Part shown: in pieces, positions 42,011 through 51,854 of the stretch | Layout of the letters: each line of letters starts with the position of its first letter | How positions within the stretch are numbered: the first letter of the stretch is position 1 | Assembly (NCBI GenBank): GCA_963752155.1 | Contig: CAVVXH010000015.1 | Coordinates: 64,001-128,000, forward strand | DNA: 64,000 nucleotides | From: an uncultured Parachlamydiaceae bacterium | Lineage (GTDB): Bacteria; Chlamydiota; Chlamydiia; Chlamydiales; Parachlamydiaceae | Direction of reading: 5' to 3' | Position numbers and translations under genes: made by a program | Notes under the pieces: model-generated | Told to the model about the DNA's origin: nothing | The model's database searches: none | What the model saw: the letters and a program-made list of their open reading frames with translations, nothing else

Positions 42011-42271
42011 CTAAACCAAAGGTTTAATTTTCTTTATTTGCTGATTATTTTGAAGGCTTTCCCAGTTACTCAAAAGTGACTTTTGATTGATAGAATCCCA
42101 TTCAATAACAATGCCATGTATCCTAGGAGGCAACTCTCCATTTATTATTTCTAAAGGATTTATCGAAATTTGTGCTTCATATTCATTATAAACAGCATGA
42201 AAATGCGGTGGATTGTGTTCTGCTGCAAACATCCGTATTACAATCCCTAAAAATCTGCTTATTTCTGGCAT
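42011..42271 (-). CDS. DUF4160-domain protein
   Basis: MPEISRFLGIVIRM...EHNPPHFHA. Confidence 0.9.
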   Translation of the reverse strand: MPEISRFLGIVIRMFAAEHNPPHFHAVYNEYEAQISINPLEIINGELPPRIHGIVIEWDSINQKSLLSNWESLQNNQQIKKIKPLV

Positions 42272-42393
42272 TTTCCCTCTTTTCTCTAATTATAGTCCAT
42301 AAATCATTTTTGTGAAATCCTACAACTTCTTTTAACTTTGTGCGTAGAAGAGTCCTAAGCTCTTAAGGACATAATTTTCATGTGCCCTGTTCC

Positions 42394-42861
42394 TTAATTC
42401 AGCAAAATAAAGTCTAAATAATTTTGCAGAATAATGACAGCTGCCACGCTATCAACCTTTTGAGAACGTTTCTTACGGGATAATTGCCCTTCTCTCAAGA
42501 AACGATCTGCTTGAACTGAAGTGAGACGTTCATCCCAAATGATGATTGGAAACATTACTTTTTCTTTCATCAGTGAAACAAAATGAGTGACTTCATCAGC
42601 TAAAAGACCTTTTTTGCCACTCATCAGTAGTGGAAACCCAATGACAATTGATTCAATATTATAACCACGAGATTTCGCATGTTCCTCTAAGAGATCAATT
42701 AACTTAGTAACTGTCTTTTCCGATTGTTTTTCTGCCTTTAACGTTTCCAAAGGTGTAGCAATAATCTTACGTTCATCAGAGACAGCAAGGCCGATGCGTA
42801 CCATCCCATAGTCAATGGCGATAATACGAGTCGGTTGCTTCCAGTTTTCTTTTGTATTCAC
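42394..42861 (-). CDS. ruvX: RuvX/YqgF family nuclease
   Basis: AIDYG..RIGLAVSD, WDERLTS, VDSVAA..ILQ. Confidence 0.93.
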   Translation of the reverse strand: MNTKENWKQPTRIIAIDYGMVRIGLAVSDERKIIATPLETLKAEKQSEKTVTKLIDLLEEHAKSRGYNIESIVIGFPLLMSGKKGLLADEVTHFVSLMKEKVMFPIIIWDERLTSVQADRFLREGQLSRKKRSQKVDSVAAVIILQNYLDFILLN

Positions 42862-44492
42862 TTAACTTCCATAACCTTTTTTAGACGCTGTTGGGCCAAG
42901 CTAGCCCCAATAAAATCTCGAAAAAGAGGATGTGCTTGTGTGGGCTTCGATTTAAATTCAGGGTGAAATTGCACTCCAAGCATCCATGGATGTCCCTTTA
43001 CTTCAGCAATCTCGCAAAGCCCTCCTCCTTCTAACACCCCCGAAAAGGAAAAATTATTTTTCTCCATTTGTTCGCGGTATTTATTGTTAAATTCATAGCG
43101 ATGACGATGCCGTTCCAAAATCTTCTGAGAACCATAGGCTGCATACGCCTTAGAATTTGGTACGAGCTCACAGCTATAAGCCCCAAGGCGCATTGTTCCG
43201 CCTAAATCCTGAACAGTTCGCTGTTCACTCAGCAAAGAAATAACTGGATTTTTTGTATCTACATTGATTTCAGTTGAATTCGCATCAGCCAAACCCAACA
43301 CGTGGCGAGCAAATTCCACGGCCATCACTTGCATTCCCAAGCAAATTCCAAAATACGGAATATTGTTCTCTCGACAATATTTCGTTGCCATAATTTTTCC
43401 TAACCAACCCCTCTCTCCGAAACCACCAGGAACCAAGTAACCGTCACAACCCTGAATAGATTCGCTCACGGAATTTTGTTCTTCAATTTTATCTGCTTCA
43501 AAACGTTTGATGTTGACCTGTACTCCATGAGCAAGAGCTGCATGTTCGAGAGCTTCTACCACCGATTTATAAGCATCTTGATGATCAACATATTTACCAA
43601 TCAATCCAATCGTTACATTCCCCTTAGGATTTTTGATCGTCTCTATTAAGACTTCCCATTCCTTAAGATCTATCGGGCGATCCTGAAGTCCTAACAATTG
43701 GCAAATCATTCCATCTGCATTTTGAGCATGCAGCTCTAAAGGCACTTCATAAATGCTATTCTCCACATCGACTTCTTCGATGACGTACTTTCTTTGAACA
43801 TTGCAAAACAAGCTAATTTTATCTTTGACATCTTCTGAGAGCGGAGCTTCACTTCGACAAAGAATCATGTCAGGGAAAATTCCGATTCCACGCAAGGTTT
43901 GTACAGAATGCTGAGAAGGCTTAGTTTTAACTTCTCCGGCAGTTTTTAGATAAGGAACATAGGTCAAATGGATATTCATGCAATCGCCAGGATGATCATA
44001 GCGAAACTGTCGAATGGCTTCTAAAAACGGAAGAGATTCTATATCGCCGATTGTTCCCCCGATTTCAACGATCACCACATCGATCCCTTCTTGTTGTTTT
44101 GCACAGGCGACGATCTTATGCTTGATTTCATCGGTAATATGCGGAATCACTTGCACAGTCTTACCGAGGTAACCCCCTTCACGCTCACGCCTAATGACAG
44201 AGTTATAGATTTGCCCAGAAGTGATGTTTGAACAAGCAGACAGCGGAGAATTCGTATAACGAAAATAATGCCCTAAATCTAAATCCGTTTCTGCTCCATC
44301 GTCAGTCACATAAACTTCTCCATGTTGATAAGGACTCATCGTACCTGGATCCACATTGAGATATGGATCGCATTTTAACATTGCTATTTTGAGTCCTTTT
44401 TTCTCTAGAAGCATGCCAATAGAAGCTGCTGTCAGTCCTTTTCCTAAGGATGAACAGACTCCGCCTGTAACAAAGATGTATTTTGTGTGCAT
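42858..44492 (-). CDS. pyrG: CTP synthase
   Basis: KYIFVTGGVCSSLGKG, GICLGMQ, QFHPEF. Confidence 0.98.
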   Translation of the reverse strand: MHTKYIFVTGGVCSSLGKGLTAASIGMLLEKKGLKIAMLKCDPYLNVDPGTMSPYQHGEVYVTDDGAETDLDLGHYFRYTNSPLSACSNITSGQIYNSVIRREREGGYLGKTVQVIPHITDEIKHKIVACAKQQEGIDVVIVEIGGTIGDIESLPFLEAIRQFRYDHPGDCMNIHLTYVPYLKTAGEVKTKPSQHSVQTLRGIGIFPDMILCRSEAPLSEDVKDKISLFCNVQRKYVIEEVDVENSIYEVPLELHAQNADGMICQLLGLQDRPIDLKEWEVLIETIKNPKGNVTIGLIGKYVDHQDAYKSVVEALEHAALAHGVQVNIKRFEADKIEEQNSVSESIQGCDGYLVPGGFGERGWLGKIMATKYCRENNIPYFGICLGMQVMAVEFARHVLGLADANSTEINVDTKNPVISLLSEQRTVQDLGGTMRLGAYSCELVPNSKAYAAYGSQKILERHRHRYEFNNKYREQMEKNNFSFSGVLEGGGLCEIAEVKGHPWMLGVQFHPEFKSKPTQAHPLFRDFIGASLAQQRLKKVMEVK

Positions 44493-45235
44493 AATAGTGC
44501 CTCAATTTTTTGTATATCTTCAGGGAGGTCGACCCCCACTGCGCCGTTGTTTACAATAGCGACTTTAATTCTATAACCATGCTCCAGAGCTTTTAGCTGC
44601 TCTAAGTCTTCGATAGATTGAAGGGGTGTTTTGGGTAAAAGTGCATATTCCAAGAGAAAATTAGGACGATATCCATAAATTCCTAGATGCCGATAATACC
44701 GAGTTTTACAACAATACTTTCCATTTTTATTTGATGGAATTAACGTACGGCTAAAGTATAAAGCGTTGCCTTGTTGATCCATCGTGCATTTTACAATGCT
44801 AGGGTTTATGGCATCTTCTTCAACATCCAACAATACAGCAGCAGTTGACATTGAAGCCTGTGGATTGCCATGCAAAATATCGACGACAGCCTCGATTGTT
44901 TTTGGGTCAATACAGGGCTCATCACCTTGAATATTAACGACAATTGCGCTCCTTAAATGAGGATAACGCATGATGACTTCAGCAAGACGATCGGTTCCGG
45001 TATCGCAATCTTTGCTAGTCATGACGACTGTGCCGCCAAAACTTTTCACATGATCATAAATCCTCACATCGTCAGTCGCTACAACAACAAGTTTTAATCT
45101 TTCACAACGTAATGCATTTTCATAAGTGCGTTGCAACAAAGTTTTACCCATGATGATAGCCAAAGGCTTGCCGGGAAAGCGGGTACTTCCATATCTCGCA
45201 GGAATGATCCCTATACAGTCAATTTCATCAGACAT
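44444..45235 (-). CDS. kdsB: 3-deoxy-manno-octulosonate cytidylyltransferase
   Basis: IPARYGSTRFPGKPL, NIQGDEP, EDLEQLKALE. Confidence 0.96.
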   Translation of the reverse strand: MSDEIDCIGIIPARYGSTRFPGKPLAIIMGKTLLQRTYENALRCERLKLVVVATDDVRIYDHVKSFGGTVVMTSKDCDTGTDRLAEVIMRYPHLRSAIVVNIQGDEPCIDPKTIEAVVDILHGNPQASMSTAAVLLDVEEDAINPSIVKCTMDQQGNALYFSRTLIPSNKNGKYCCKTRYYRHLGIYGYRPNFLLEYALLPKTPLQSIEDLEQLKALEHGYRIKVAIVNNGAVGVDLPEDIQKIEALLCTQNTSLLQAESVHP

Positions 45236-45309
45236 ATTGTGCTTGTTGGTTTTTTATTATATGATATCCAACACATTATAAGCTAAAAATTTTCGCCATG
45301 CAAGATAAT

Positions 45310-45499
45310 AAGGACGGCAAGGACAGCAAGGACAAAAAGGACGAAAAGGACAACAAGGACAACAAGGACAACAATGACGTGGGACGCAAAGGATATATTT
45401 GATAAAATGTCTTTGCTGTACTATAACCTGTTACTGTCCTTGTTTGCTGTCCTTGTCGTCCTTGCTGTCCTTGCTGTCCTTGCTGTCCTTACCGTCCTT
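45310..45499. repeat. Family C: inverted pair of 9-bp tandem arrays (AAGGACAGC/AAGGACAAC)n ... (GCTGTCCTT)n
   Basis: Forward 45310-45373, reverse 45434-45499. Confidence 0.9.
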
Positions 45500-45579
45500 C
45501 AAGAATTTCTCTTGCATCAATTAACAGCACACTATAAAATCAGCTACACGAATTAAACCTAAACAGGATAATTAAATTA

Positions 45580-46188
45580 ATGGATATGCTACCTGAAGTG
45601 TTCAATAATTGGTTATTGCACTATGGCAGTTTTGCACTTTTTGGACTCTTAGCTTTAGGGATTATTGCCTTACCTGTCCCAGAAGAAACACTACTAGTCT
45701 TTACCGGGTACCTCATTCAAAATGGAACTTTTAACCCTGTTTCCGCCTTTATCGCTGCCTACTTTGGTAGCATTGTAGGAATTACAGGCAGCTATCTAAT
45801 CGGGCATACCGGTGGACTGTACATCATCAAAAAATATGGATCTTACGTAGGCCTGTCCGAAGAAAAAATGAACAAGGCCCACAATTGGTTTGAACGCTAC
45901 GGAAAATGGGTCCTATTTATCGGATATTTTGTTCCAGGCGTACGCCACTTTACCGGAATATTTGCAGGCGTAGCAGATCTAGAATACCATCATTTTGCCT
46001 TATATGCCTATTCAGGCGCTTTTTTCTGGGTAACAACATTTATATCAATCGGATATTTCTTCGGCACTTACAATCAAGCCCTTTTTGAACTAGTCGAAAG
46101 CAATATGGAAACCATCCTAACCTGTTCGGTAGTCGCCATTCTATTATTTATCGGAATAAAGAAATGGAAAATTAACTCAACTCCGTAA
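45580..46188 (+). CDS. DedA family membrane protein
   Basis: LPVPEETLL, G..SY.IG, WFERYG, F.PGVRH. Confidence 0.92.
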   Translation: MDMLPEVFNNWLLHYGSFALFGLLALGIIALPVPEETLLVFTGYLIQNGTFNPVSAFIAAYFGSIVGITGSYLIGHTGGLYIIKKYGSYVGLSEEKMNKAHNWFERYGKWVLFIGYFVPGVRHFTGIFAGVADLEYHHFALYAYSGAFFWVTTFISIGYFFGTYNQALFELVESNMETILTCSVVAILLFIGIKKWKINSTP

Positions 46189-46399
46189 AGGAGGAGCTAT
46201 CTAAACACTTTTCTATCATTGTATCTTCATCTATAATCGATTGGGCTCCATCCAACATATAGAGAGCTAAAACAGGATCCCCCTTATAACTCATCTTTAC
46301 TTCTTTTTGACCATTTTCTTTGTCATCACACGTTAAAAGCACATAACATGAATGATTCTTTTCAAGACGCGCCTTTATTGACTTATGAGCATCAGTCAT
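46172..46399 (-). CDS. Small hypothetical protein
   Basis: Likely start MTDAHK with AAGGA RBS; the upstream ORF extension runs into a MITE. Confidence 0.6.
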   Translation of the reverse strand: MTDAHKSIKARLEKNHSCYVLLTCDDKENGQKEVKMSYKGDPVLALYMLDGAQSIIDEDTMIEKCLDSSSFTELS

Positions 46400-46481
46400 A
46401 TATTTTCCTTTTACTACTATAGATTTTCTTATACCAGACACAGTCATAGATGATATTTTTTTACAACCACACTCGGTGTAA

Positions 46482-46555
46482 GGGACCGGCAATAATAACT
46501 TGTACGATTGGGCTGCGCCAAAGCCCAATTGTGCAAGTTATTATTGCCCAGTCCC
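46482..46555. mobile_element. Family B MITE, 74 bp, stand-alone
   Basis: GGGACCGGCAATAATAACTTG...CAAGTTATTATTGCCCAGTCCC flanked by TAA/TAA. Confidence 0.82.
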
Positions 46556-46722
46556 TAAATCGCACCTTAACAATTCGATTCTTTTTTTACAAAGAAGGAA
46601 TTACAAAAACTTCTATAAAAAAACATTTGTCAGAGATTAAAATTCAATTTACACTCTATAACAGGTGCAGTCGTAAATTATATTTTCTGCTGCGCGAAAC
46701 TCCCGAGATTGGACGAGGTGCT

Positions 46723-47964
46723 ATGAATCCTTTTGAGATCTCTAACGTTGAAAAAGAGATGATGATCCACACACTCAAAGCATGGGCATCCATAAACACG
46801 CATTGCTCCAACTTAAAAGGGCTTGAAGCCATGCTAAGTACATTCGAATCAGCCTTTGCTCCATTGGGAGGAACTCAACAACGGATCAAATTACCAGACA
46901 GATTTGACATTGATTCTAGTGGTCAAAAGAAATATTATCCGGTCGGAGAGGCTCTTCACATCAAAAAGAATCCCAATGCCCCCTTCCAAATTCTCTTAGC
47001 AGGCCATATGGATACTGTTTTCGAAGAAACTTGCCCCTTTCAAAAAGTGATTCAAATCGATGAAAATCGCCTTTTAGGCCCTGGTGTAGCCGATATGAAA
47101 GGGGGAATTCAAGTCATGCTCAAAGGTTTAGAGCTTTTAGAACAATCTCAATTCGCTAAAAACATCGGATGGCAAATTTTACTGACTCCTGATGAAGAAA
47201 TCGGCTCCCCTAGTTCTGAATCCCTATACTCTCAAATCGCTAAAGATATTCATGTAGGCCTTGTTTTCGAACCCTCATTTCCAGATGGAAAATTTGTCAG
47301 TCAACGCAAAGGATCAATCAATCTCATCGCAATTGCTAAGGGAAAATCTGCTCATGCCGGAAGAGATTTCCACATAGGCCGCAATGCCATCGCTGCTTTA
47401 GCCTATTTTATAAGCGCAGCTCATTCTTTAAATCGGCAACACCAAACGATGACCCTCAACATTGGTAAAATATCCGGAGGAGAAGCTTCGAATATCGTTC
47501 CCGATCACGCCATTTGCCACATCAATATACGCTCAGACGACGAATTAGAATTAATCAGCGTCTCAGAAAAACTTAACTCCCTAGCTCAAGAAGCAGCTCT
47601 TGCTGTAGCTGAAGATGGAATTACGATTCAAACTTACCCGCTAACACAGCGAGCCCCAAAGCCTTTTGATTCAACCTCTGAGGCCCTCTATCGGATTGTG
47701 CAATACTGTGGCACAGAGCTCGGACTCAATCTTGATTGGAAACCTAGTGGCGGAGTCTGCGATGGAAATATCCTTGCACAAGCTGGAGTTCCGACGATTG
47801 ATACACTCGGCGTCATTGGTGGTAATTTGCATACTTTTCAAGAATACATGGAAATACACAGCCTAGTTGAACGTGCCAGCTTAACAGCTCATTTATTAAT
47901 CACATTTGCTTCACAAGAAAAATTGCGAAATACATTTATACATCCAGGAGAAAAAAAGCTATGA
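46723..47964 (+). CDS. M20 family metallo-hydrolase (probable desuccinylase of the AST operon)
   Basis: GHMDTV, GVADMKGG, DEEIGS, AHAG, GGVCDGN; start at ATG 46723 after GAGGTG. Confidence 0.85.
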   Translation: MNPFEISNVEKEMMIHTLKAWASINTHCSNLKGLEAMLSTFESAFAPLGGTQQRIKLPDRFDIDSSGQKKYYPVGEALHIKKNPNAPFQILLAGHMDTVFEETCPFQKVIQIDENRLLGPGVADMKGGIQVMLKGLELLEQSQFAKNIGWQILLTPDEEIGSPSSESLYSQIAKDIHVGLVFEPSFPDGKFVSQRKGSINLIAIAKGKSAHAGRDFHIGRNAIAALAYFISAAHSLNRQHQTMTLNIGKISGGEASNIVPDHAICHINIRSDDELELISVSEKLNSLAQEAALAVAEDGITIQTYPLTQRAPKPFDSTSEALYRIVQYCGTELGLNLDWKPSGGVCDGNILAQAGVPTIDTLGVIGGNLHTFQEYMEIHSLVERASLTAHLLITFASQEKLRNTFIHPGEKKL

Positions 47965-49355
47965 ATCATCCAATCAGTCCACAAATCACTACGCTACTTT
48001 CCGATCCTCGCATCGTTCAAGCCAAAAAATTGCTTTTGGAAGTCATTGCCGAGAAACAAAAAAATATCACCGCTCCTCGACCGGCAAATCCGGAATTCAA
48101 ACAAGGCTATCAAGAAATCTTGGACAATTTTGCCCTGTATCGGAGCTTTCCTCTTTGGTATCCCTATTTAGGCAGTGGTTTCGGAAATGGTTCGTTAGTG
48201 GAACTGCTCGATGGCAGTATCAAGTATGACTTCATCTCTGGAATAGGTGTCCATTTATTTGGGCATAGCCATCCCTCCCTGATTGAAGCTAATCTGCATG
48301 CAGCTCTCTCTGACATCCCTATACAAGGACATCTACAACAAAATGTCGAATGCGTGGAACTCTCTGAACTCCTCATCAACGCATCCAAGATCCCTCATTG
48401 TTTTCTCACAACCTCTGGAGCCATGGCTTTAGAAAATGGATTAAAACTAGCCTTTCAGAAAAAATTTCCGGCTCGTCGTCTTTTTGCATTCGAACGTTGC
48501 TTTTCCGGACGCACGTTGGCCCTTGCCCAAGTGACAGATAAAGCTGCTTATCGTGACGGCCTTCCTGCTACTTTGCAAGTTGACTATGTTCCTTTTTACG
48601 ACCCCAAACATCCCGAAGAAAGTACAAAAAGGGCTTTGGATACAATCAAAAAACAGATGACACGCTACCCTAAAGACCATGCAGTCATGATCTTTGAACT
48701 CATTCAAGGAGAAGCAGGATTCTACGTGGGTTCGACCCAATTCTTTTCCGCGATCATGGATCTATTAAAAGAAAATCAAGTGACGATCCTTATAGACGAA
48801 GTGCAAAGTTTTGGGCGCACGTCACAATTATTTGCCTATCAACATTTTGATCTGCATAAGTATGTCGATATCTGTATTGTTGGAAAGCTGTCTCAAGTCT
48901 GCGCAACTCTCTTTACTGACGAATTTAAACCGAAGCCAGGACTCATTAGCCAGACATTTATTTCTAGCACAAGCGCCATCTATTGCAGCATCACCATCCT
49001 TAAAATGCTATTGAATTCAGACCTCTATGGTCCCAACGGTAAGAACAGTCGATTTCACTCCCTATTCTCCAAGTTGTTAACTGAAATTGCAGAACGTCAT
49101 CCTGGATGCCTCCAAGGACCTTTTGGGGTTGGATCCATGATTGCTTTCACTCCGTTTAATGGAGAAACCGCTTTAGTCACAAAAATTGCTCATGCTTTAT
49201 TTGAAGAAGGACTCATTTGTTTTATTGCCGGCAGTAATCCTACAAGAATCCGGATGCTTCCACCGGTACCGGTTCTTTCGGAAGATGAGATCAAGGCAGC
49301 ATGTGGTCTGATCGAAACGACCCTTAAAAAAAGTAAAGATTTATGTATATCATAA
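47961..49355 (+). CDS. astC: Class III aminotransferase (succinylornithine transaminase-like)
   Basis: SGAMA.E, FSGRT, ELIQGEAG, DEVQSFGR, GK; operon context. Confidence 0.75.
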   Translation: MNHPISPQITTLLSDPRIVQAKKLLLEVIAEKQKNITAPRPANPEFKQGYQEILDNFALYRSFPLWYPYLGSGFGNGSLVELLDGSIKYDFISGIGVHLFGHSHPSLIEANLHAALSDIPIQGHLQQNVECVELSELLINASKIPHCFLTTSGAMALENGLKLAFQKKFPARRLFAFERCFSGRTLALAQVTDKAAYRDGLPATLQVDYVPFYDPKHPEESTKRALDTIKKQMTRYPKDHAVMIFELIQGEAGFYVGSTQFFSAIMDLLKENQVTILIDEVQSFGRTSQLFAYQHFDLHKYVDICIVGKLSQVCATLFTDEFKPKPGLISQTFISSTSAIYCSITILKMLLNSDLYGPNGKNSRFHSLFSKLLTEIAERHPGCLQGPFGVGSMIAFTPFNGETALVTKIAHALFEEGLICFIAGSNPTRIRMLPPVPVLSEDEIKAACGLIETTLKKSKDLCIS

Positions 49356-50380
49356 GACCAATAGAATCTAAAGATGAAAAATTATTTCTTCAATTAGCCC
49401 TTTCTTCTCCACCGGGTATTTTAACTTTACCTCGGAATCCTCTACGGGTTAAACAAAAATTGATCGATTCACTTAAAGCTTTTGCGTCAGAGGCTTCAGA
49501 AAACGGCTGTTATCTTTTCGTTCTCGAAAATTTGGAAACGCATCAGCTTGAAGGATGCTCTGCAATCCTAAGTTCTGTCAATCTAGATTATCATTATAAA
49601 GTTGAACATCATCATCGTTTAGATGATACGATGGAGCAGATTCCCAAGGTACAAACATTGCTTTATCCTCAAATCAATCATAATAACGCTTCTGAAATCT
49701 GCACTCTATTTCTGACCAAATCAAATCGAAAAAGGGGGCTGGGTCGTTTATTATCATTAAGCCGCTTTCTTTTCGTTGCATCTCATCGAGAACGTTTTGA
49801 AAGCGAATTTATGGCTGAAATGCGAGGGGTTATTGACTCTGAAGGCAAATGCCCTTTTTGGGATGGTCTTGGACGCCATTTTTGTAATCTCGATCTTAAT
49901 GAAATTTTAGCTCTCTATGAAGCCAATATAGAAATCGCCGAAAAAATTCTGCCGGATCATCCTATTTACTGCAGCCTTTTACCACAAGAAGTTCAAGATG
50001 TCATTGGTAAGGTCCATCCAAGTACTGTTCCAGCACTAAAAATGTTAGAAAATCAAGGGTTTACTCTTCGTAATTGGATTGACATCCTCGATGGAGGCCC
50101 CCGTATCTATGCTGAGACTTCGGAAATTCAAATCATTAAAACAACCATTCACGCTCCAGTCACAAAAATCTCTTCCAATGCGTTAACCGAAAATGAAGAC
50201 AACATTAAATTAATTTCAAACCGAAAACTGAATTTCAGAGCCTGCTACGGGGTCGTCATTGTTGAGGAACAGGGCGTAACCATTGATGCTAGCACGGCAC
50301 GAAATTTAGAAGTCGAAACCGGGGAACTGATTTGTTTTGCCAATATCATACATTCAGAAAAGGAAAAAACAGATGGCTAA
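49343..50380 (+). CDS. astA: Arginine N-succinyltransferase
   Basis: SEICTLFL, LLSLSRFLF, AEMRG, PFWDGLGRHF, DILDGGP. Confidence 0.93.
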   Translation: MYIIRPIESKDEKLFLQLALSSPPGILTLPRNPLRVKQKLIDSLKAFASEASENGCYLFVLENLETHQLEGCSAILSSVNLDYHYKVEHHHRLDDTMEQIPKVQTLLYPQINHNNASEICTLFLTKSNRKRGLGRLLSLSRFLFVASHRERFESEFMAEMRGVIDSEGKCPFWDGLGRHFCNLDLNEILALYEANIEIAEKILPDHPIYCSLLPQEVQDVIGKVHPSTVPALKMLENQGFTLRNWIDILDGGPRIYAETSEIQIIKTTIHAPVTKISSNALTENEDNIKLISNRKLNFRACYGVVIVEEQGVTIDASTARNLEVETGELICFANIIHSEKEKTDG

Positions 50381-51854
50381 TTCACTTTATATCAACAATC
50401 AATGGATTTCAGGAAACGGAACACAGCTAGTTTCCTACAATCCAGCAACTGGAACTCCAGTCTGGGAAGGAACTACAGCAAATGCTGAAGATGTCAATTT
50501 AGCTGTAGAATCTGCTCGAGCAGCATTTCCAAGCTGGTCAGAGACTCGAATAAAAACACGAATAAAATTTCTAAGAAAATTTCAAACGATCTTAGAAAAT
50601 AATAAATTTGAGTTCGCTGAAACGATCTCTTTAGAAAATGGGAAGCCAATATGGGATGCTGCTAACGAGGTCAATTCTATCTTAACTAAAGTCGATATCA
50701 GCATCGATGCCTACGAAATGCGTTGTTTGCATTTAGTCAAAGATGAAAAGGGAAAACACACTGTTTTACGCCATCGTCCACATGGGGTCATCGGTGTATT
50801 TGGTCCTTTTAATTTCCCTGCACACTTGCCAAATGGACATTTTATCCCTGCTCTCCTCGCAGGGAACACAATTGTTTTTAAACCCAGCGATCTAACTCCA
50901 CTCGTTGCAGAAAAAATGATTCGTTTTTGGAAAGAAGCAGGCCTTCCAGCTGGGGTCATCAATTTGCTTCAAGGAGGAGTCGCAACTGGCCAAGCTCTAG
51001 CAAATCATCACAATCTTGACGGCATCTTTTTCACTGGAAGCTGGGCTGTAGGAAAACATTTAACAGAACTTTACAGTCAAAGATCTGGGAAAATTCTTGC
51101 TCTGGAAATGGGTGGCAATAATCCCCTAATTTTTACCGAAGTCGACAATCTCAAAGCTGCTGCGTATACTACCATTCAATCTGCTTATTTGACTTCGGGT
51201 CAGAGGTGCACCTGCGCCCGCAGGCTGATTATTCCAGAGGGTTCCAAAGGTGACGCTTTCATCAACGAGCTTCTTTCCTTGACCAAAAATATTAAAATTG
51301 GACCCTACACAGATTCCCCGCAACCTTTTATGGGCCCATTGATTTCCCCTAATGCAGCAAAGAAGCTTCTAGAGACTCAAGATAAACTGATCGAACAAGG
51401 TGGACGTCCTCTTATGAAAATGTCCGCGCTGAAACAGGGTTCTGCGTTTCTATCGCCTGGTCTCATCGATGTCACAGCAGTAAAAAATCGCAATGACGAG
51501 GAGCATTTTGGGCCATTTTTGCAACTCATTCGCGTAAAAGACTTTCAAGCGGCGCTGCAAGAAGCTAATCAGACTGAATACGGCCTTACGGCGGGCCTTC
51601 TAAGTCGTCATAAAGATGAATTTAATCAGTTTTGCGCTAGCATTAAAGCTGGGATCATAGCATGGAACTCCCCTACAACAAATGTAGCTTCTTCACTTCC
51701 CTTTGGAGGAGTAGGGAAAAGCGGAAATTTCCGACCTACAGCCCTTTATGCCGCAGACTATTGCGCTTATCCTGTAACATATATAGAAAATAGCTCGTTA
51801 GAGCTTCCGGAGACACTTCTCCCCGGAATCCTACCCATAGGAGATTCATCATGA
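50373..51854 (+). CDS. astD: Succinylglutamate-semialdehyde dehydrogenase
   Basis: FGPFNFPAHLPNGH, LALEMGGNNP, GQRCTCARR, YAADYCAYPV. Confidence 0.95.
   Translation: MANSLYINNQWISGNGTQLVSYNPATGTPVWEGTTANAEDVNLAVESARAAFPSWSETRIKTRIKFLRKFQTILENNKFEFAETISLENGKPIWDAANEVNSILTKVDISIDAYEMRCLHLVKDEKGKHTVLRHRPHGVIGVFGPFNFPAHLPNGHFIPALLAGNTIVFKPSDLTPLVAEKMIRFWKEAGLPAGVINLLQGGVATGQALANHHNLDGIFFTGSWAVGKHLTELYSQRSGKILALEMGGNNPLIFTEVDNLKAAAYTTIQSAYLTSGQRCTCARRLIIPEGSKGDAFINELLSLTKNIKIGPYTDSPQPFMGPLISPNAAKKLLETQDKLIEQGGRPLMKMSALKQGSAFLSPGLIDVTAVKNRNDEEHFGPFLQLIRVKDFQAALQEANQTEYGLTAGLLSRHKDEFNQFCASIKAGIIAWNSPTTNVASSLPFGGVGKSGNFRPTALYAADYCAYPVTYIENSSLELPETLLPGILPIGDSS

Noticed and set aside
46450..46722. N-terminal extension of the M20 hydrolase ORF
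   Set aside because: Runs through a MITE; a good RBS and ATG are at 46723
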